A stretch of DNA of 64,000 bases from a bacterium (GTDB lineage Bacteria > UBA8248). Below the pieces are notes generated by a model. It saw only the letters and a program-made list of their open reading frames with translations, was not told where the DNA came from and did not search any database. The translations under genes were made by a program, and so were the position numbers. Below are positions 43,385 to 53,905 of this stretch, piece after piece (position 1 is the first letter of the stretch; each line of letters starts with the position of its first letter). The stretch is taken from the NCBI GenBank assembly GCA_963692865.2, contig OY843592.1:800001-864000 (forward strand), in the 5' to 3' direction.

Positions 43385-43682
43385 AGACGGGGGTCCTCGT
43401 CTTCTCTACCGACTCCAGGAAATACGGATTCCTGATGGCCGAGCCGATCACCAAATCGACCGGTTTTCCGAAGAGCCGCTCCAGGGACTCCAGCAAACCG
43501 AAATAAGCATCCGCATAGGTTGGAAGAACCTCCGGCCCGAACTCGACCACGAAGTCCAGGTCGCTCTCGCCCGCGTCGTACCGATCCGTCGAGGCCGACC
43601 CGAACAGGTCGAGCCGCTGCACGCCATGTCGGATGCACAGACGCTTCAGATCGTCCATTCTTTCCTCGACGGCGGGAATCAT
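43374..43682 (-). CDS. Minimal nucleotidyltransferase (MntA-like antitoxin)
   Basis: LFGSA......SDLDFVVEF, LERLFGKPVDL, NPYF. Confidence 0.85.
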   Translation of the reverse strand: MIPAVEERMDDLKRLCIRHGVQRLDLFGSASTDRYDAGESDLDFVVEFGPEVLPTYADAYFGLLESLERLFGKPVDLVIGSAIRNPYFLESVEKTRTPVYAS

Positions 43683-43702
43683 CGTTCCTCCCCCACGTTT
43701 CT

Positions 43703-43948
43703 TCAGTTGGACGTGCGGCGGAGAACCAGCGCCTCGACGACCTCGGCGCCCTCCGGGGTATCTTCCGCCGGATAGGGCGGGTCTCCGTGCCGACCCTCCC
43801 ACTCGTGCTTCCCCGTGTTCAGACTGATCTTCATCGTGGATATCCGATCCGGCGTCAGATCGTCGTAGCCTTCTTCGTAGCCGTTCACCACGACGCGCAG
43901 GTCTGCGGGGTATCGCCGAAGCGTTTCGATCAACTCGCTGACCAACAT
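43703..43948 (-). CDS. Small acidic hypothetical protein
   Basis: aggag RBS; MLVSELIETLRRYPADLRVVVNGYEEGYDD. Confidence 0.6.
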   Translation of the reverse strand: MLVSELIETLRRYPADLRVVVNGYEEGYDDLTPDRISTMKISLNTGKHEWEGRHGDPPYPAEDTPEGAEVVEALVLRRTSN

Positions 43949-43959
43949 GTATGCTCTCC

Positions 43960-45513
43960 TCACATCGGGTATCCCAACATCTTCAGGTTCCCGGCGATGG
44001 CGGCGTCCAGTTTCGCGCCCTCTTTCTGTTGCTCGCGAAGCTCGGCGGCGAGGCGCTTCATTTTTTCATCGAACGGCTCGGTATCTTCTTCCTGCGCCTC
44101 CGCGCCCACGTAGCGGCCGGGCGTCAGCACGCAGCCGTGCTTTCGCACCTCGTCAATGCTCGCGCTCTTGCAGAAGCCCGGAACGTCGGCGTATTCCTCG
44201 CCGCCGCGCCAGGCATGATAGGTATCGGCGATACGCGTGATGTCTTCTTCCGTCAACTCGCGGTGGGTGCGGTCGACCATGCGGCCCAGCTTGCGCGCGT
44301 CGATGAAGAGGATTTCGCCGCCTCGCTTCCTCTCCCGCGCTAGGAACCACAGGCAGGCGGGAATCTGCGTCGAATAGAAAAGCTGCCCCGGCAGGGCGAC
44401 CATGCAGTCCACGAGTCCCGCCTCGATCAGATTCTTGCGAATCCCGCCTTCGCCCGACTGGTTCGAGGACATCGAACCGTTGGCCAGGACGAAACCCGCG
44501 GCGCCGCCCGGCGCCAGATGATGAACCATGTGCTGCACCCAGGCGAAGTTGGCATTGCCCCTGGGCGGGACACCGTACCGCCAGCGCTTATCATCCGTGA
44601 GCCGCTCGCCGCCCCAGTCGGAGACGTTGAAAGGGGGATTGGCGAGTATGAAATCCGCCTTTAAGTCGGGATGGCGATCGTTGTGAAAGCTATCCCCATG
44701 AGTGATCTGCCCCTCGATGCCGCGAATGGCGAGGTTCATCTTCGCGAGTCGCCAGGTCGTGTAGTTCGACTCCTGGCCGTAGATGCTGATGTCGCCGCTT
44801 GCTCTGCCTCCATTGCCGTTGCCGCTGGCGTGCGCATCGATGAACTCGACCGACTGAACGAACATGCCCGAGGAGCCACAGCAAGGGTCGTAGACCCGGC
44901 CTTTGTAGGGCTCGAGCATTTCGACCAGGAGCTTTACGACGCAGCGCGGAGTGTAGAATTCCCCACCCTTCTTGCCCTCCGCGCTAGCAAATTGTGACAG
45001 AAAATACTCGTAGACACGACCAAGCACATCCTTGGATTGAGCGTCTGCATCATTGGCTTGGATGTTACTGATGCGATCAATCAACTGGCCGAGACGTTCC
45101 TTGTCGAGCGCGGGGCGGGCGTAGTCCTTGGGCAGCACGTCCTTGACAGCGGGGTTCTCACGCTCGATCGCCGCCATTGCGCCATCGACGATTTGGCCGA
45201 TGGTGGGCTGCCGCGCCTGGGCCTTGAGATTCGCCCAGCGCGCCTCTGGCGGAACCCAGAAGATGTTCTCGGCGATGTATTCGTCACGATCCTCTGCGGC
45301 GTTTTCACCCCATTCAGCGAGAATCTCCGCGCGGCGTCCCTCGAAAGCGTCGGAAATGTATTTTAAAAAGATGAGGCCCAGGACGACGTGCTTGTATTCG
45401 GCGGCATCCATTGAGCCGCGTAAGTTGTTAGCCATTTGCCAGAGTTCGTGCTCATAGCCCGTTACGGCTCCGCTGCCGGGTTCCTGGGTCTTTTTCGATG
45501 CTTTTCGCGCCAT
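43960..45513 (-). CDS. hsdM: Type I R-M N6-adenine methyltransferase
   Basis: [21 protein letters not shown]. Confidence 0.95.
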   Translation of the reverse strand: MARKASKKTQEPGSGAVTGYEHELWQMANNLRGSMDAAEYKHVVLGLIFLKYISDAFEGRRAEILAEWGENAAEDRDEYIAENIFWVPPEARWANLKAQARQPTIGQIVDGAMAAIERENPAVKDVLPKDYARPALDKERLGQLIDRISNIQANDADAQSKDVLGRVYEYFLSQFASAEGKKGGEFYTPRCVVKLLVEMLEPYKGRVYDPCCGSSGMFVQSVEFIDAHASGNGNGGRASGDISIYGQESNYTTWRLAKMNLAIRGIEGQITHGDSFHNDRHPDLKADFILANPPFNVSDWGGERLTDDKRWRYGVPPRGNANFAWVQHMVHHLAPGGAAGFVLANGSMSSNQSGEGGIRKNLIEAGLVDCMVALPGQLFYSTQIPACLWFLARERKRGGEILFIDARKLGRMVDRTHRELTEEDITRIADTYHAWRGGEEYADVPGFCKSASIDEVRKHGCVLTPGRYVGAEAQEEDTEPFDEKMKRLAAELREQQKEGAKLDAAIAGNLKMLGYPM

Positions 45514-45743
45514 GGTTCCTTCATCCCTTTTGCCAAGCGTCGTCAATAGATATGCAATTCGCCCCCGCGCAGTTTACAAACCGGGGCGGTGGTTGTCATC
45601 CGGGGAATCGGGTGAGGCGGAAGCGGTATTGCTGGCTGAACGATTCCTGCTTTCATTGGATTGTTGAAAAAGTCCACTTTTCAGTAGGTAGAAGAGATGC
45701 CCCCCTCGGCTGGAAAAGCAACCCCCCCTACCCCCCTTTTTCA

Positions 45744-45952
45744 GGATTGTTGAAAAAGGCCATGTATCCCCTCGGTCGGCGATGTGATGATCCAGTAGGG
45801 ACAGGCCCCCGCGCCTGTCCTGCTACGCAAAACGTGATGGTATTGTAGGGGCCGTATAGTATGCGGCCCTGATTTTCGCCTCCACAAAGCGGGCCGCATA
45901 CTATGCGGCCCCTACGAACAAATTGTCTCTCTCCGGCTTTTTCAACAGCCCC
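45744..45952. mobile_element. MITE-like TIR element; inverted relative of 61238-61418
   Basis: ggattgttgaaaaagg...ctttttcaacagcccc; internal sequence shared with 61238-61418. Confidence 0.65.
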
Positions 45953-46218
45953 GAGAAAGGAGCGTTTGCATCGAAGGGTTTGACCCTCCCTCCTCGGTCG
46001 GCATTAATTGCCGGAATGACGGCAATCTGCGGTTACGGGTTCGTAAGGACAGGCCGCGACCTCGGGCGGACACATGGGTCCGCCCCTACAAAGAGCATCC
46101 AAAATCGCCAACATCCCCTCCCCCGAGTGCATGCAACGCCCCGTTGCGATAGAGTTCTGCGCTGGTTCATGGGATGGACGCCGCCGAATCACGATCTCCC
46201 GACCGACAGGACGATTCG

Positions 46219-47019
46219 ATGAGCTTGCGCAGGTGGAAGGACAGGATGGCGGCGCGCCTTTTGACGCGCTATCCGGGGCTGGTGAAACGATGGGCGGGCG
46301 GCAGGGACTTCTCCGCCGAGATGGCCGGCCTGCGCGCGGGGCCCGCGTTCACGCCCTGGACGCCGCTCGTGAAGCCCGTGCGCGAGTGCAAGGTCGCGCT
46401 GGTGACGACCGGCGGGGTGCATCTCAGGACGCAAACGCCTTTCGACATGGAAAACCCCGACGGCGACCCGACGTTCCGCGAGATTCCGGGCGGCGCCGCG
46501 CGCGGGGCGCTCACGATAACGCACGACTACTACGACCACCGCGGGGCGGATGCGGATTTGAACGTCGTCTTCCCGCACGAGCGGCTCGCCGAGATGGCGG
46601 CCGAGGGCGCGATAGGCGGGGTCTCGCCCGTCCACCTGAGCTTCATGGGCCACATCGATAAGGATCTCGTCGAGCGGCTCGTGGAGGAGACGGCCCCGGC
46701 CGCGGCGCGGCGGCTGCGCGAGGCGGGGGCGGAGGCCGCGCTGCTCGCGCCCGCGTGAGGGCTGTGCAACCGCTCGGTCGGGCTGATTCAGAACGCGGTG
46801 GAGCGGGAGGGCATATCCACCGCCTCGGTGAGCATCGTGAAGGAGATAACGGCTGCGCTTGCGCCGCCGCGGGCGGTGTTCGTGCCCTGGCCGCTGGGCC
46901 ATCCCTTCGGCAAAGCGGGAAATCTTGAACAGCAGCGCGCCGTGCTGTATGATATGATCGCGTTGCTTGAGACGGCCGAGGCGCCCGGCGCGCTGGTCGA
47001 GCGGAACCATCCCTGGTGA
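46219..47019 (+). CDS. PrdB/GrdB-like (glycine/betaine/proline reductase B family) selenoprotein, Sec at TGA 46756-46758
   Basis: VALVTTGGVH, GDPTFREIP, H.YYDH..AD.DLNVVFP. The in-frame TGA gives APA-U-GLC (UxxC), and the frame continues with family sequence (PPRAVFVPWPLGHPFG). Confidence 0.85.
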
Positions 47020-47138
47020 GTTTTCGGGGACCTTGAATAGGCGAATCGGGGGGAGCGAAGCCGCCCTTGAGCCTGCCCAAGGGGAGGAGTCAGCTTCGGG
47101 CCGAAGCGTCGGCGCCGGACCGGGCCTCGCGGAATCGT

Positions 47139-47322
47139 CCGGGACGGAGATGCCCGGACGAGCCTCACGGAGACTGAAGGCGGCGAGTCATCTTCAGCCG
47201 GAACCATCGGCGCCGGATTGTCCGGGACGGCGCTTGTGTTTCGGGGCGGGTTCATGCGGTTCCGGTCGCGGGGAAGGCGCCCGGGACGGAGACGCCCGGA
47301 CGAGCCTCATGGAGACCGAGGG
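47139..47322 (+). repeat. 42-bp imperfect direct repeat pair
   Basis: ccgggacggagaYgcccggacgagcctcaYggagac at 47139 and 47281. Confidence 0.75.
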
Positions 47323-47370
47323 AAGCGCCCGGGAATAATAAAAATTATCGATATCATGAAAATAGCAATT

Positions 47371-47419
47371 TCTGAAAATATGTATAAAATTGGATAAATT
47401 CACGGGGTTTTTCGATAAA
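47371..47419 (+). repeat. 49-bp AT-rich site, left copy of a long-range inverted repeat
   Basis: tctgaaaatatgtataaaattggataaatt-cac-ggggtttttcgataaa; 47/49 identical to the reverse complement of 60628-60676. Confidence 0.92.
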
Positions 47420-47484
47420 AAACGGGCAATTTATCTTATTGAATATGAAGGCGTTATCCCGATTTCAGCGATCAGGAGGCCGCC

Positions 47485-48069
47485 ATGGACACAGTTGCAA
47501 CCCCCATCACCCGCCTCGCGGAAGACCTTGCGGGCGTCTACGATCACGGCGCCCGCGGCCGGGAGTTCATCCGCGCCGCCGAACCCGCTCTCAAGCGCTT
47601 GCTGGGCGCGGGTTCCTTTCTCCCGCCCGAGGCGCTCGAACCCTCCGATGAAGGATATGCGCGTCATCTGTTGTACCGCGACCCCGGGGAGCGCTTCGTC
47701 GTGGCGGCCATGGTGTGGAAGCCCGGCCAGGGCACGCCGATTCACGATCATGACGGCGCCTGGGGAATGCTCGGCATGGTGGAGGGCGGTCTGGAAGTCG
47801 TTAATTATTTTGCGGATGCGGAGATTGCCGAGGGTGAAGTCACGCTCAGGAGCGATGCGCCCCACAACCCTTCGGCAGGCGCACGGGATTCGGTTTGCGG
47901 CTGCGCGGACATCCATACGGTGCGCAACCGGCGCGGCGACGTGGCGGTTTCCATTCACGTGTATCCGCGCGATTTGGAAGCGTGTCATTTCTTCGAACCC
48001 ATGGCCGGTGGAGAAAATCGCTTCCGCGCGCGCCGCGTCTCGATTTCCTACACGGGCGAGTCTTCCTGA
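47485..48069 (+). CDS. Cysteine dioxygenase-like cupin
   Basis: YARHLLY, W.PGQGTPIHDH, IH.V.N, SIHVY; aggagg RBS. Confidence 0.85.
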   Translation: MDTVATPITRLAEDLAGVYDHGARGREFIRAAEPALKRLLGAGSFLPPEALEPSDEGYARHLLYRDPGERFVVAAMVWKPGQGTPIHDHDGAWGMLGMVEGGLEVVNYFADAEIAEGEVTLRSDAPHNPSAGARDSVCGCADIHTVRNRRGDVAVSIHVYPRDLEACHFFEPMAGGENRFRARRVSISYTGESS

Positions 48070-48286
48070 GCGATTTCCGAACTACGACCAAAAAGCCATA
48101 GAATCAGGTGGAAAATCGAGAAACGGGGTTTCTTTGCTCGCGCTTTGCGAGGTCTCAAGTCCGGTGGTTTGCCGAGCGGGCGGGGTGCGGCTTATCGGCC
48201 AATCCTTCAGCAGGAGAATGAAACATCGTTTTCCCGGATTGACAAGATTCCTTGCATAAATCCACTTCTCATCCAAAGAGGTTTAT

Positions 48287-49150
48287 ATGCGCGGCAAAGG
48301 CGGCTGGTATGCTGGTTTCGAGGCTGTATCGAATTTTCAAATGTTCTTTCGGGACTGGAGGCCGGCCGGGAAAGGCGTGTTTTTGCCCGTTATCGCATTG
48401 CATGGCTCGCTGAGCCAGAGCGGCATGTGGAACGCTGTGGCGGAAGGCGCGGTTTCGATACGCATGGTATGTCCGGATCAAAGAGGATACGGGAGAACGG
48501 ATGACCCGGGTGGAAGTGATGCCGCTGCGGATTTCGCCAGGGACGTGATTGGCCTCGCCGACGCGCTTTTGCTGGACCGTTTCGTGGTGATGGGGCATTC
48601 CTTCGCCGGTTCAATCGCCCTGGCCGTCGCGGCGAAACGTCCGGAGCGCGTCGCCGCGACCGTGTTGATGGATCCGGCGGTTGGCGTTGACTCGGACGCC
48701 GATGCGAACCTGGAAGCGGCGCGGAATCGGCCGATGGAGTTCAAGAATCTCGCGCAGGCGCAGAAATTTCTCACGGAGAATGAAGAAGGACATTGGCCGC
48801 CTGCCCGGACGAGGCGGTTCTTAAGCGATGTTTTGGCGTGCGATGGATCAAATGGCGTTTGCAGGGTTCCTTATGAGAAAGATAGATTTCTGAGGCTGCG
48901 GGAATTTCAGGCCTCCGCCGAGAACGATTACGACCCCGTTTCTTGGGCCGAGAGGACAAAGTGCCCTTCTCTGGTGTTTCGTGGAGGAGAAAGCAAGCGA
49001 TTCAGCGAGAAGTCGGAAAAATTACTGGTGAATGCGCTATCCGCGAAATCAAGAGTGGTCGTGTGTGCGAAAGCCGGTCATTTCCCGAGCGTTTCGGAGC
49101 CAACCATCGTGCAGCGAGAACTCAAGGCGTTTTTGGCAGATCTGAAATGA
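48287..49150 (+). CDS. Alpha/beta hydrolase
   Basis: LHGS, DQRGYG, GHSFAG, AGHF. Confidence 0.88.
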   Translation: MRGKGGWYAGFEAVSNFQMFFRDWRPAGKGVFLPVIALHGSLSQSGMWNAVAEGAVSIRMVCPDQRGYGRTDDPGGSDAAADFARDVIGLADALLLDRFVVMGHSFAGSIALAVAAKRPERVAATVLMDPAVGVDSDADANLEAARNRPMEFKNLAQAQKFLTENEEGHWPPARTRRFLSDVLACDGSNGVCRVPYEKDRFLRLREFQASAENDYDPVSWAERTKCPSLVFRGGESKRFSEKSEKLLVNALSAKSRVVVCAKAGHFPSVSEPTIVQRELKAFLADLK

Positions 49151-51357
49151 ACAAACGAAACGGCGACAATCTGCATATTGAGACCGAGCTCAGCCGGGAT
49201 TTAGGGCTCGCATCAGCACTATCTATCGGCGTCGGCACGATGATTGCGGCGGGTATTTTTACGTTATCCGGCCTTGCCGTCAGGGACGTCGGGTCATCGG
49301 CCGTCATCGCTTTTCTCCTTGCCGCGCTTGTCGCCGGGTTTACTGCGCTCACCTATTGCGAATTCTCATCTCTGTATCCGGAGTCCGGAGAAGGATATCT
49401 CTATGCGAGAAGAACGTTTCCTCCGCCACTTGCCTACCTTGTAGGGTGGACGTTGGTGCTCGGCTACACTTCTTCATGCGCCTTCTACATCAGCAGCCTT
49501 TCTTCTTATTTCAATGAATTTATCTGGCATTCGCCTTATGAGCAAATATCGGGAACCGTGGGACTCATCTGTCTCGTATTGCTTAATATCAAGGGAACGA
49601 AAGAATCGGCTCGTTTTCAAGTTCTCATTACCGCCGGAAAGGTCATCCTTTTGTTTTGGTTTGTTTATGGTGGGTTGGGGAATTTGGATACAAAAGCCCT
49701 TGTCGAGAGAATGACCACGGACATTCCAAGAATTGGCGCGACGGCTGGTTTGGTCTTCATTACTTTTTTCGGATTTTCGGCAATTGCGGCATCGGCAGGA
49801 GAAGTCGTGAATCCCACGAAGACAATTCCTCGCGCGATATTTCTATCTATGGCAATTGTGACTATTTTATATACTTTGGTGGTCTTCGTAATCATTACCG
49901 CCAACCTCACGGAATATACGGAAGCGGCGATGGGTAACGCGGCGCGTCTTTTCCTGGGTCCTATCGGCGGCATGGTGATCGTCGTAGGCGCGCTTTTCTC
50001 AATGATTTCCGCATCTAACGCATCGATTTTGGCGGGTTCGCGGGTTGTTTTGTCTATGGCGCAACTGGGACACTTGCCCTCTGGAATCGCCGCGATCAAT
50101 TCCGAAACGCGCACACCCATTATTTCACTTATTTTAGTAGGAGGAGCCATAGTTCTTTTTGCACAAAGTTTTCATTTGGAGAAACTAGCGCACTTCGCGG
50201 ACACTATTCTTTTGTTAGCGCTGATTTTGGTGAATCTGGCGCTCATCTATCACCGGAGGAAATTTCCAAACCTGCCGAGACCTTTCCGTGTTCCCTTCGT
50301 GCCGTTGTTGCCGCTTATGGGAATTACCGCAAATATATATTTACTCTCACTGATATTTCGGCACCCTGAGCCGGTTGTCATGGCCGCTCTATGGCTGATC
50401 GTGGGGATGCTCGGTTTCTTGGCCTGGAAAGGCTCTCAGGCCGAGGAGGAATTTCTGCCGGGTGAACCATCTCGCGTAGCGCAGGTCAACACTGAGGGGC
50501 AGGAGAGTGATTTCCGCGTATTGGTTCCCATTGCAAACCCGACAAACGTCGCCCCCCTGATAGATATGGCTTCGGCGATTGCCAAAGAAAATGACGGTGA
50601 AATCATCGCCATGCGGGTTGTATCTTTGCCTGAGCAGGCACCGACGAGTCGCGAGACTTCATACGTTGAACGAGAAAGAAGAATTTTGGAGCAGGCCCAT
50701 GTTCGCGCCAAAACGAATGGTGTCAAAATTAGTTCTTTAGTAACAATTGGGCGTAATCCGGCGCGCGCCATCCTGGAGACGGCGAGAGAGCGCTATTGCG
50801 ATCTGATTGTGCTTGGCTGGAAAGGTTATACTTCTACCGCAAATCGAATTTTGGGTGAAGTAGTGGATGATGTCGTGAATCTTGCGCGAGCGGACATCAT
50901 GTTGGTGAAACTTGTAGGTGAGATGAAACTAAAAAATATTCTTTTACCGACAACCGGGGGAATTCATGCGCGTTTGGCGGAGCGATACACGGCCCCGATC
51001 GCAAGCGCTTACAATGCCAGACTTGTTGTATCGACCGTTGTTTCTCCAGAAGCTGGAACAACTCATAAACATTCTATCGAACAAGGACTCAGTGAGGCGG
51101 TAGGGAGAATCAACGATGAGAGCAGCGTTCATGTGGAGAGCCGAATCATCACGCACAAATCTGTTTCCGTGGGAATTATCCAAGCGTCAGAAGAATATGA
51201 CGCCATTGCCATGGGTGCAGCTGGCGAGAGTTTCTATAAACAGATTCTTTTTGGTTCTATTCCTGAAAACGTTGCGAAACACACGGACAAAACCGTAATC
51301 GTGTATAAACAATATTCTCCAGTGAAAGCGTTGGTGGGACGAGTGATGGAAAGCTGA
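49147..51357 (+). CDS. APC amino acid permease fused to two universal-stress (USP) domains
   Basis: GTMIAAGIF, G.GY.Y, FFGFSAIA, RPFRVP; C-terminal VLVPIANP and ILLPTTGG...FGSIPE. Confidence 0.88.
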   Translation: MNKRNGDNLHIETELSRDLGLASALSIGVGTMIAAGIFTLSGLAVRDVGSSAVIAFLLAALVAGFTALTYCEFSSLYPESGEGYLYARRTFPPPLAYLVGWTLVLGYTSSCAFYISSLSSYFNEFIWHSPYEQISGTVGLICLVLLNIKGTKESARFQVLITAGKVILLFWFVYGGLGNLDTKALVERMTTDIPRIGATAGLVFITFFGFSAIAASAGEVVNPTKTIPRAIFLSMAIVTILYTLVVFVIITANLTEYTEAAMGNAARLFLGPIGGMVIVVGALFSMISASNASILAGSRVVLSMAQLGHLPSGIAAINSETRTPIISLILVGGAIVLFAQSFHLEKLAHFADTILLLALILVNLALIYHRRKFPNLPRPFRVPFVPLLPLMGITANIYLLSLIFRHPEPVVMAALWLIVGMLGFLAWKGSQAEEEFLPGEPSRVAQVNTEGQESDFRVLVPIANPTNVAPLIDMASAIAKENDGEIIAMRVVSLPEQAPTSRETSYVERERRILEQAHVRAKTNGVKISSLVTIGRNPARAILETARERYCDLIVLGWKGYTSTANRILGEVVDDVVNLARADIMLVKLVGEMKLKNILLPTTGGIHARLAERYTAPIASAYNARLVVSTVVSPEAGTTHKHSIEQGLSEAVGRINDESSVHVESRIITHKSVSVGIIQASEEYDAIAMGAAGESFYKQILFGSIPENVAKHTDKTVIVYKQYSPVKALVGRVMES

Positions 51358-51442
51358 CCAAATCACACCGGTGTATTGACATGCAAATGCATGAGCATTT
51401 CGAGTAAGAGCAATTAAAATTTTTGTCGTTGAGGTGGTTCAT

Positions 51443-52162
51443 TTGTCTAAAATGGTATCGAGTTCCATGGAAGCCGTTTCGGATATTCCCAGAGGCGCAT
51501 CGATTCTTATCGGCGGGTTTGGCATATGTGGAATGGCGCATAATTTGTGTAAAGCACTGAGCAAACGAAAAGGTGTCGGCGATTTCCATTTGATATCGAA
51601 TGCGGGTGGAATGGACGGTTGGGGCGTGGGCCTGATGTTTGAAAACCGTCAGATCCGCTCCATTATCGCCAGCCGTGTGGGTCCGGCGTGTAAGGCCTAT
51701 GAAGAGCAAGCCTTGGAAGGGAAAATCGAAGTTGAACTCTCGCCTCAAGGAACATTCACTGAACGAATTCGGGCAGGTGGAGCCGGCATCGGTGGTTTCT
51801 TTACACCAACGGGAGCAGGGACCGTCGTAGCAGAAGGAAAAGAAACGAGAATCATTGAAGGACGAGAACACATTTTTGAAGAACCTATTCGGGCGGATTA
51901 TGCTTTCATCAAGGCTTGGAGGGGAGACGAGAGAGGGAATCTGATATACAGAATGAGCGCGCGGAATTTTAATCCCATCATGGCCACTGCCGCCGAGGTG
52001 ACTATCGCTGAAGTAGAAGAAATTGTTTCCGTAGGTGAAATTGCGCCAGAAAATATACATACGCCAGGGATTTTTGTGCAACGGTTGGTTTTGGGCGAAG
52101 ACTTGGAGAAACCTATTGAAATTATGACGAATCGACCCCGAAGTAATCCTAGGGGGAGTTGA
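51443..52162 (+). CDS. scoA: 3-oxoacid CoA-transferase subunit A
   Basis: [32 protein letters not shown]. Confidence 0.85.
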   Translation: MSKMVSSSMEAVSDIPRGASILIGGFGICGMAHNLCKALSKRKGVGDFHLISNAGGMDGWGVGLMFENRQIRSIIASRVGPACKAYEEQALEGKIEVELSPQGTFTERIRAGGAGIGGFFTPTGAGTVVAEGKETRIIEGREHIFEEPIRADYAFIKAWRGDERGNLIYRMSARNFNPIMATAAEVTIAEVEEIVSVGEIAPENIHTPGIFVQRLVLGEDLEKPIEIMTNRPRSNPRGS

Positions 52163-52163
52163 A

Positions 52164-52826
52164 TTGCCTTTAAGTAGACACGATATTGCCAGGCGTGCAG
52201 CCATGGAAGTGCCCCGGGGGGGTTATGTAAATCTCGGGCTCGGCATACCCACGCTGGTGAGCAATTACATACCGGAAGAATACGGTGTCACCATCCACTC
52301 GGAAAACGGTGTCTTGGGTGTGGGCCCATTTCCATACGAAGGAGATGAAGACCCCGATTTGCTGAATGCCAGCAAAGAAACCGTGACGCTTATGCCTGGA
52401 GGTTCGTATTTTGACAGCGCTACGTCATTTTCCATGGTCAGGGGCGGGCATATAGACGTCACCATACTCGGTGCAATGGAAGTCGCTGGTAATGGCGACC
52501 TGGCGAATTGGGCGATACCAGGCAAGATGATATCTGGCATGGGCGGTGCTATGGATCTCGTCGTGGGCGCCCGAAAAGTTATCCTCACCATGGAACATGT
52601 TTCAAGGAGAGGGGCGCCTAAGATCGTAGAAGCGTGCACACTGCCCTTGACCGGCAAAGGCGTGGTGGATGTCATCATTACCGATCTAGCGGTTATTACG
52701 GTAGAGACTGGCGGACTCTTGCTGCGTGAACTCGCTCCTGGCGTGAATGAGAGTGAGGTGCGGGAAAAAACCGCTACGCCTTTACGTGCGGCTTCGAACT
52801 TGTGTGAAATGTTTGCGAATGTTTGA
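52164..52826 (+). CDS. scoB: 3-oxoacid CoA-transferase subunit B
   Basis: [14 protein letters not shown] (catalytic Glu), [14 protein letters not shown]. Confidence 0.88.
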   Translation: MPLSRHDIARRAAMEVPRGGYVNLGLGIPTLVSNYIPEEYGVTIHSENGVLGVGPFPYEGDEDPDLLNASKETVTLMPGGSYFDSATSFSMVRGGHIDVTILGAMEVAGNGDLANWAIPGKMISGMGGAMDLVVGARKVILTMEHVSRRGAPKIVEACTLPLTGKGVVDVIITDLAVITVETGGLLLRELAPGVNESEVREKTATPLRAASNLCEMFANV

Positions 52827-52835
52827 GTTTCCATA

Positions 52836-53753
52836 ATGGTTGATCTTGAACAATACACTCGAGAATACCGGGGATTGATGCGCCAACACGCCTATCGACT
52901 CACAGGCAACGTTTTGGATGCAGATGATATCGTGCAAGATACAATGTTGCGAGCGATTGAAATGGGCTCGGCTCTCGAGAATATCGATGATCACCATGAG
53001 TGGCTCTATTCCGCATGTACAGAAGAGGCGCTTTCTCGATTACGAGAGAGAAAACCTTTGCAGTTGAATGAATTCGACCTTCCTGATTTGGTCCAGACTG
53101 CAGACTCAAGCACGAACGGAGAGATCCAATCCATAGAGGCTAGCTCTGCATGGCCAAGCGTTGCGATCGAGTTTTTATTCCCCCTCCAATACATGACGCC
53201 CGAACAGCGCGTTGTTGTCGTGCTCAGGGATGGGGTAGAGGATGGTGACCGGATTGCGGCATCCGCAATGGAAATCAAAATTCAAGAGGTTTTCAAAATT
53301 GCCGACAGTGCGGATAAAAAACGAGCTCAAATTCAAAAATACTGGGAGAGAAATGTTTTTTTCGCCTCCACCAAGAATCAGACCCAGGCAGCGCGAGTGT
53401 TCGAGCGATTCGTGGAGGCGCTTGGTTTTCGAGACAAAGTGTTGTTGCAAGGACTAATGGCGCCGGATGTAGAGCTTATCGTCCGAGATGAGCGGAGAAC
53501 GGGTGACGATTTTGTGGCTGTGGCTTGCACGGAGTTGCTCGGCCAGATGGGGGAAAAGCTGACATTCAGCCCTGTTTGGTTTAACGGTTGTCGGGGCGTT
53601 CTGATCTGGACGTGGCGAACAAGAAGAAACGAATGGCTAAAATGCGGCGCCGTCACGGTTTTAAGTGATAATTCGAACATAAAAGCAATGAAATGGTATT
53701 TGGATGGACATCTTTTGCGCGCTATTCATACCGAAGCGCCCCAAGCTTCTTGA
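52836..53753 (+). CDS. Divergent ECF sigma factor with SnoaL-like C-terminus (SigG/SigJ-like)
   Basis: HAYRLTG..DADDIVQDT.LRA (region 2), LQYMTPEQR.VVVLRD, F..A....D...L..L.APDV. Confidence 0.65.
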   Translation: MVDLEQYTREYRGLMRQHAYRLTGNVLDADDIVQDTMLRAIEMGSALENIDDHHEWLYSACTEEALSRLRERKPLQLNEFDLPDLVQTADSSTNGEIQSIEASSAWPSVAIEFLFPLQYMTPEQRVVVVLRDGVEDGDRIAASAMEIKIQEVFKIADSADKKRAQIQKYWERNVFFASTKNQTQAARVFERFVEALGFRDKVLLQGLMAPDVELIVRDERRTGDDFVAVACTELLGQMGEKLTFSPVWFNGCRGVLIWTWRTRRNEWLKCGAVTVLSDNSNIKAMKWYLDGHLLRAIHTEAPQAS

Positions 53754-53905
53754 ATCTTGAAACTTCGCGTCGGGACAACAGAAGTCTTCAAACCAAGTGG
53801 TTGAGCAACCAAAAGCACTCATCTCTGTTGCGTAACCAAGATTTATATTGCGCCGTCCGACCTCTCTGGATTTTTCAACCATCCCTATCCAAACGGTAGG
53901 CATTA

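Noticed and set aside
46756-46758. TGA as a nonsense mutation (pseudogene)
   Set aside because: It falls exactly at the family's UxxC position with the downstream frame intact; Sec is the better explanation.
53825-53853. Possible dif at the gene-convergence point (ctgttgcgtaa-ccaagat-ttatattgcgc)
   Set aside because: The spacer is 7 bp rather than 6 and the arms match poorly; it cannot be used to support the terminus model without a profile search.
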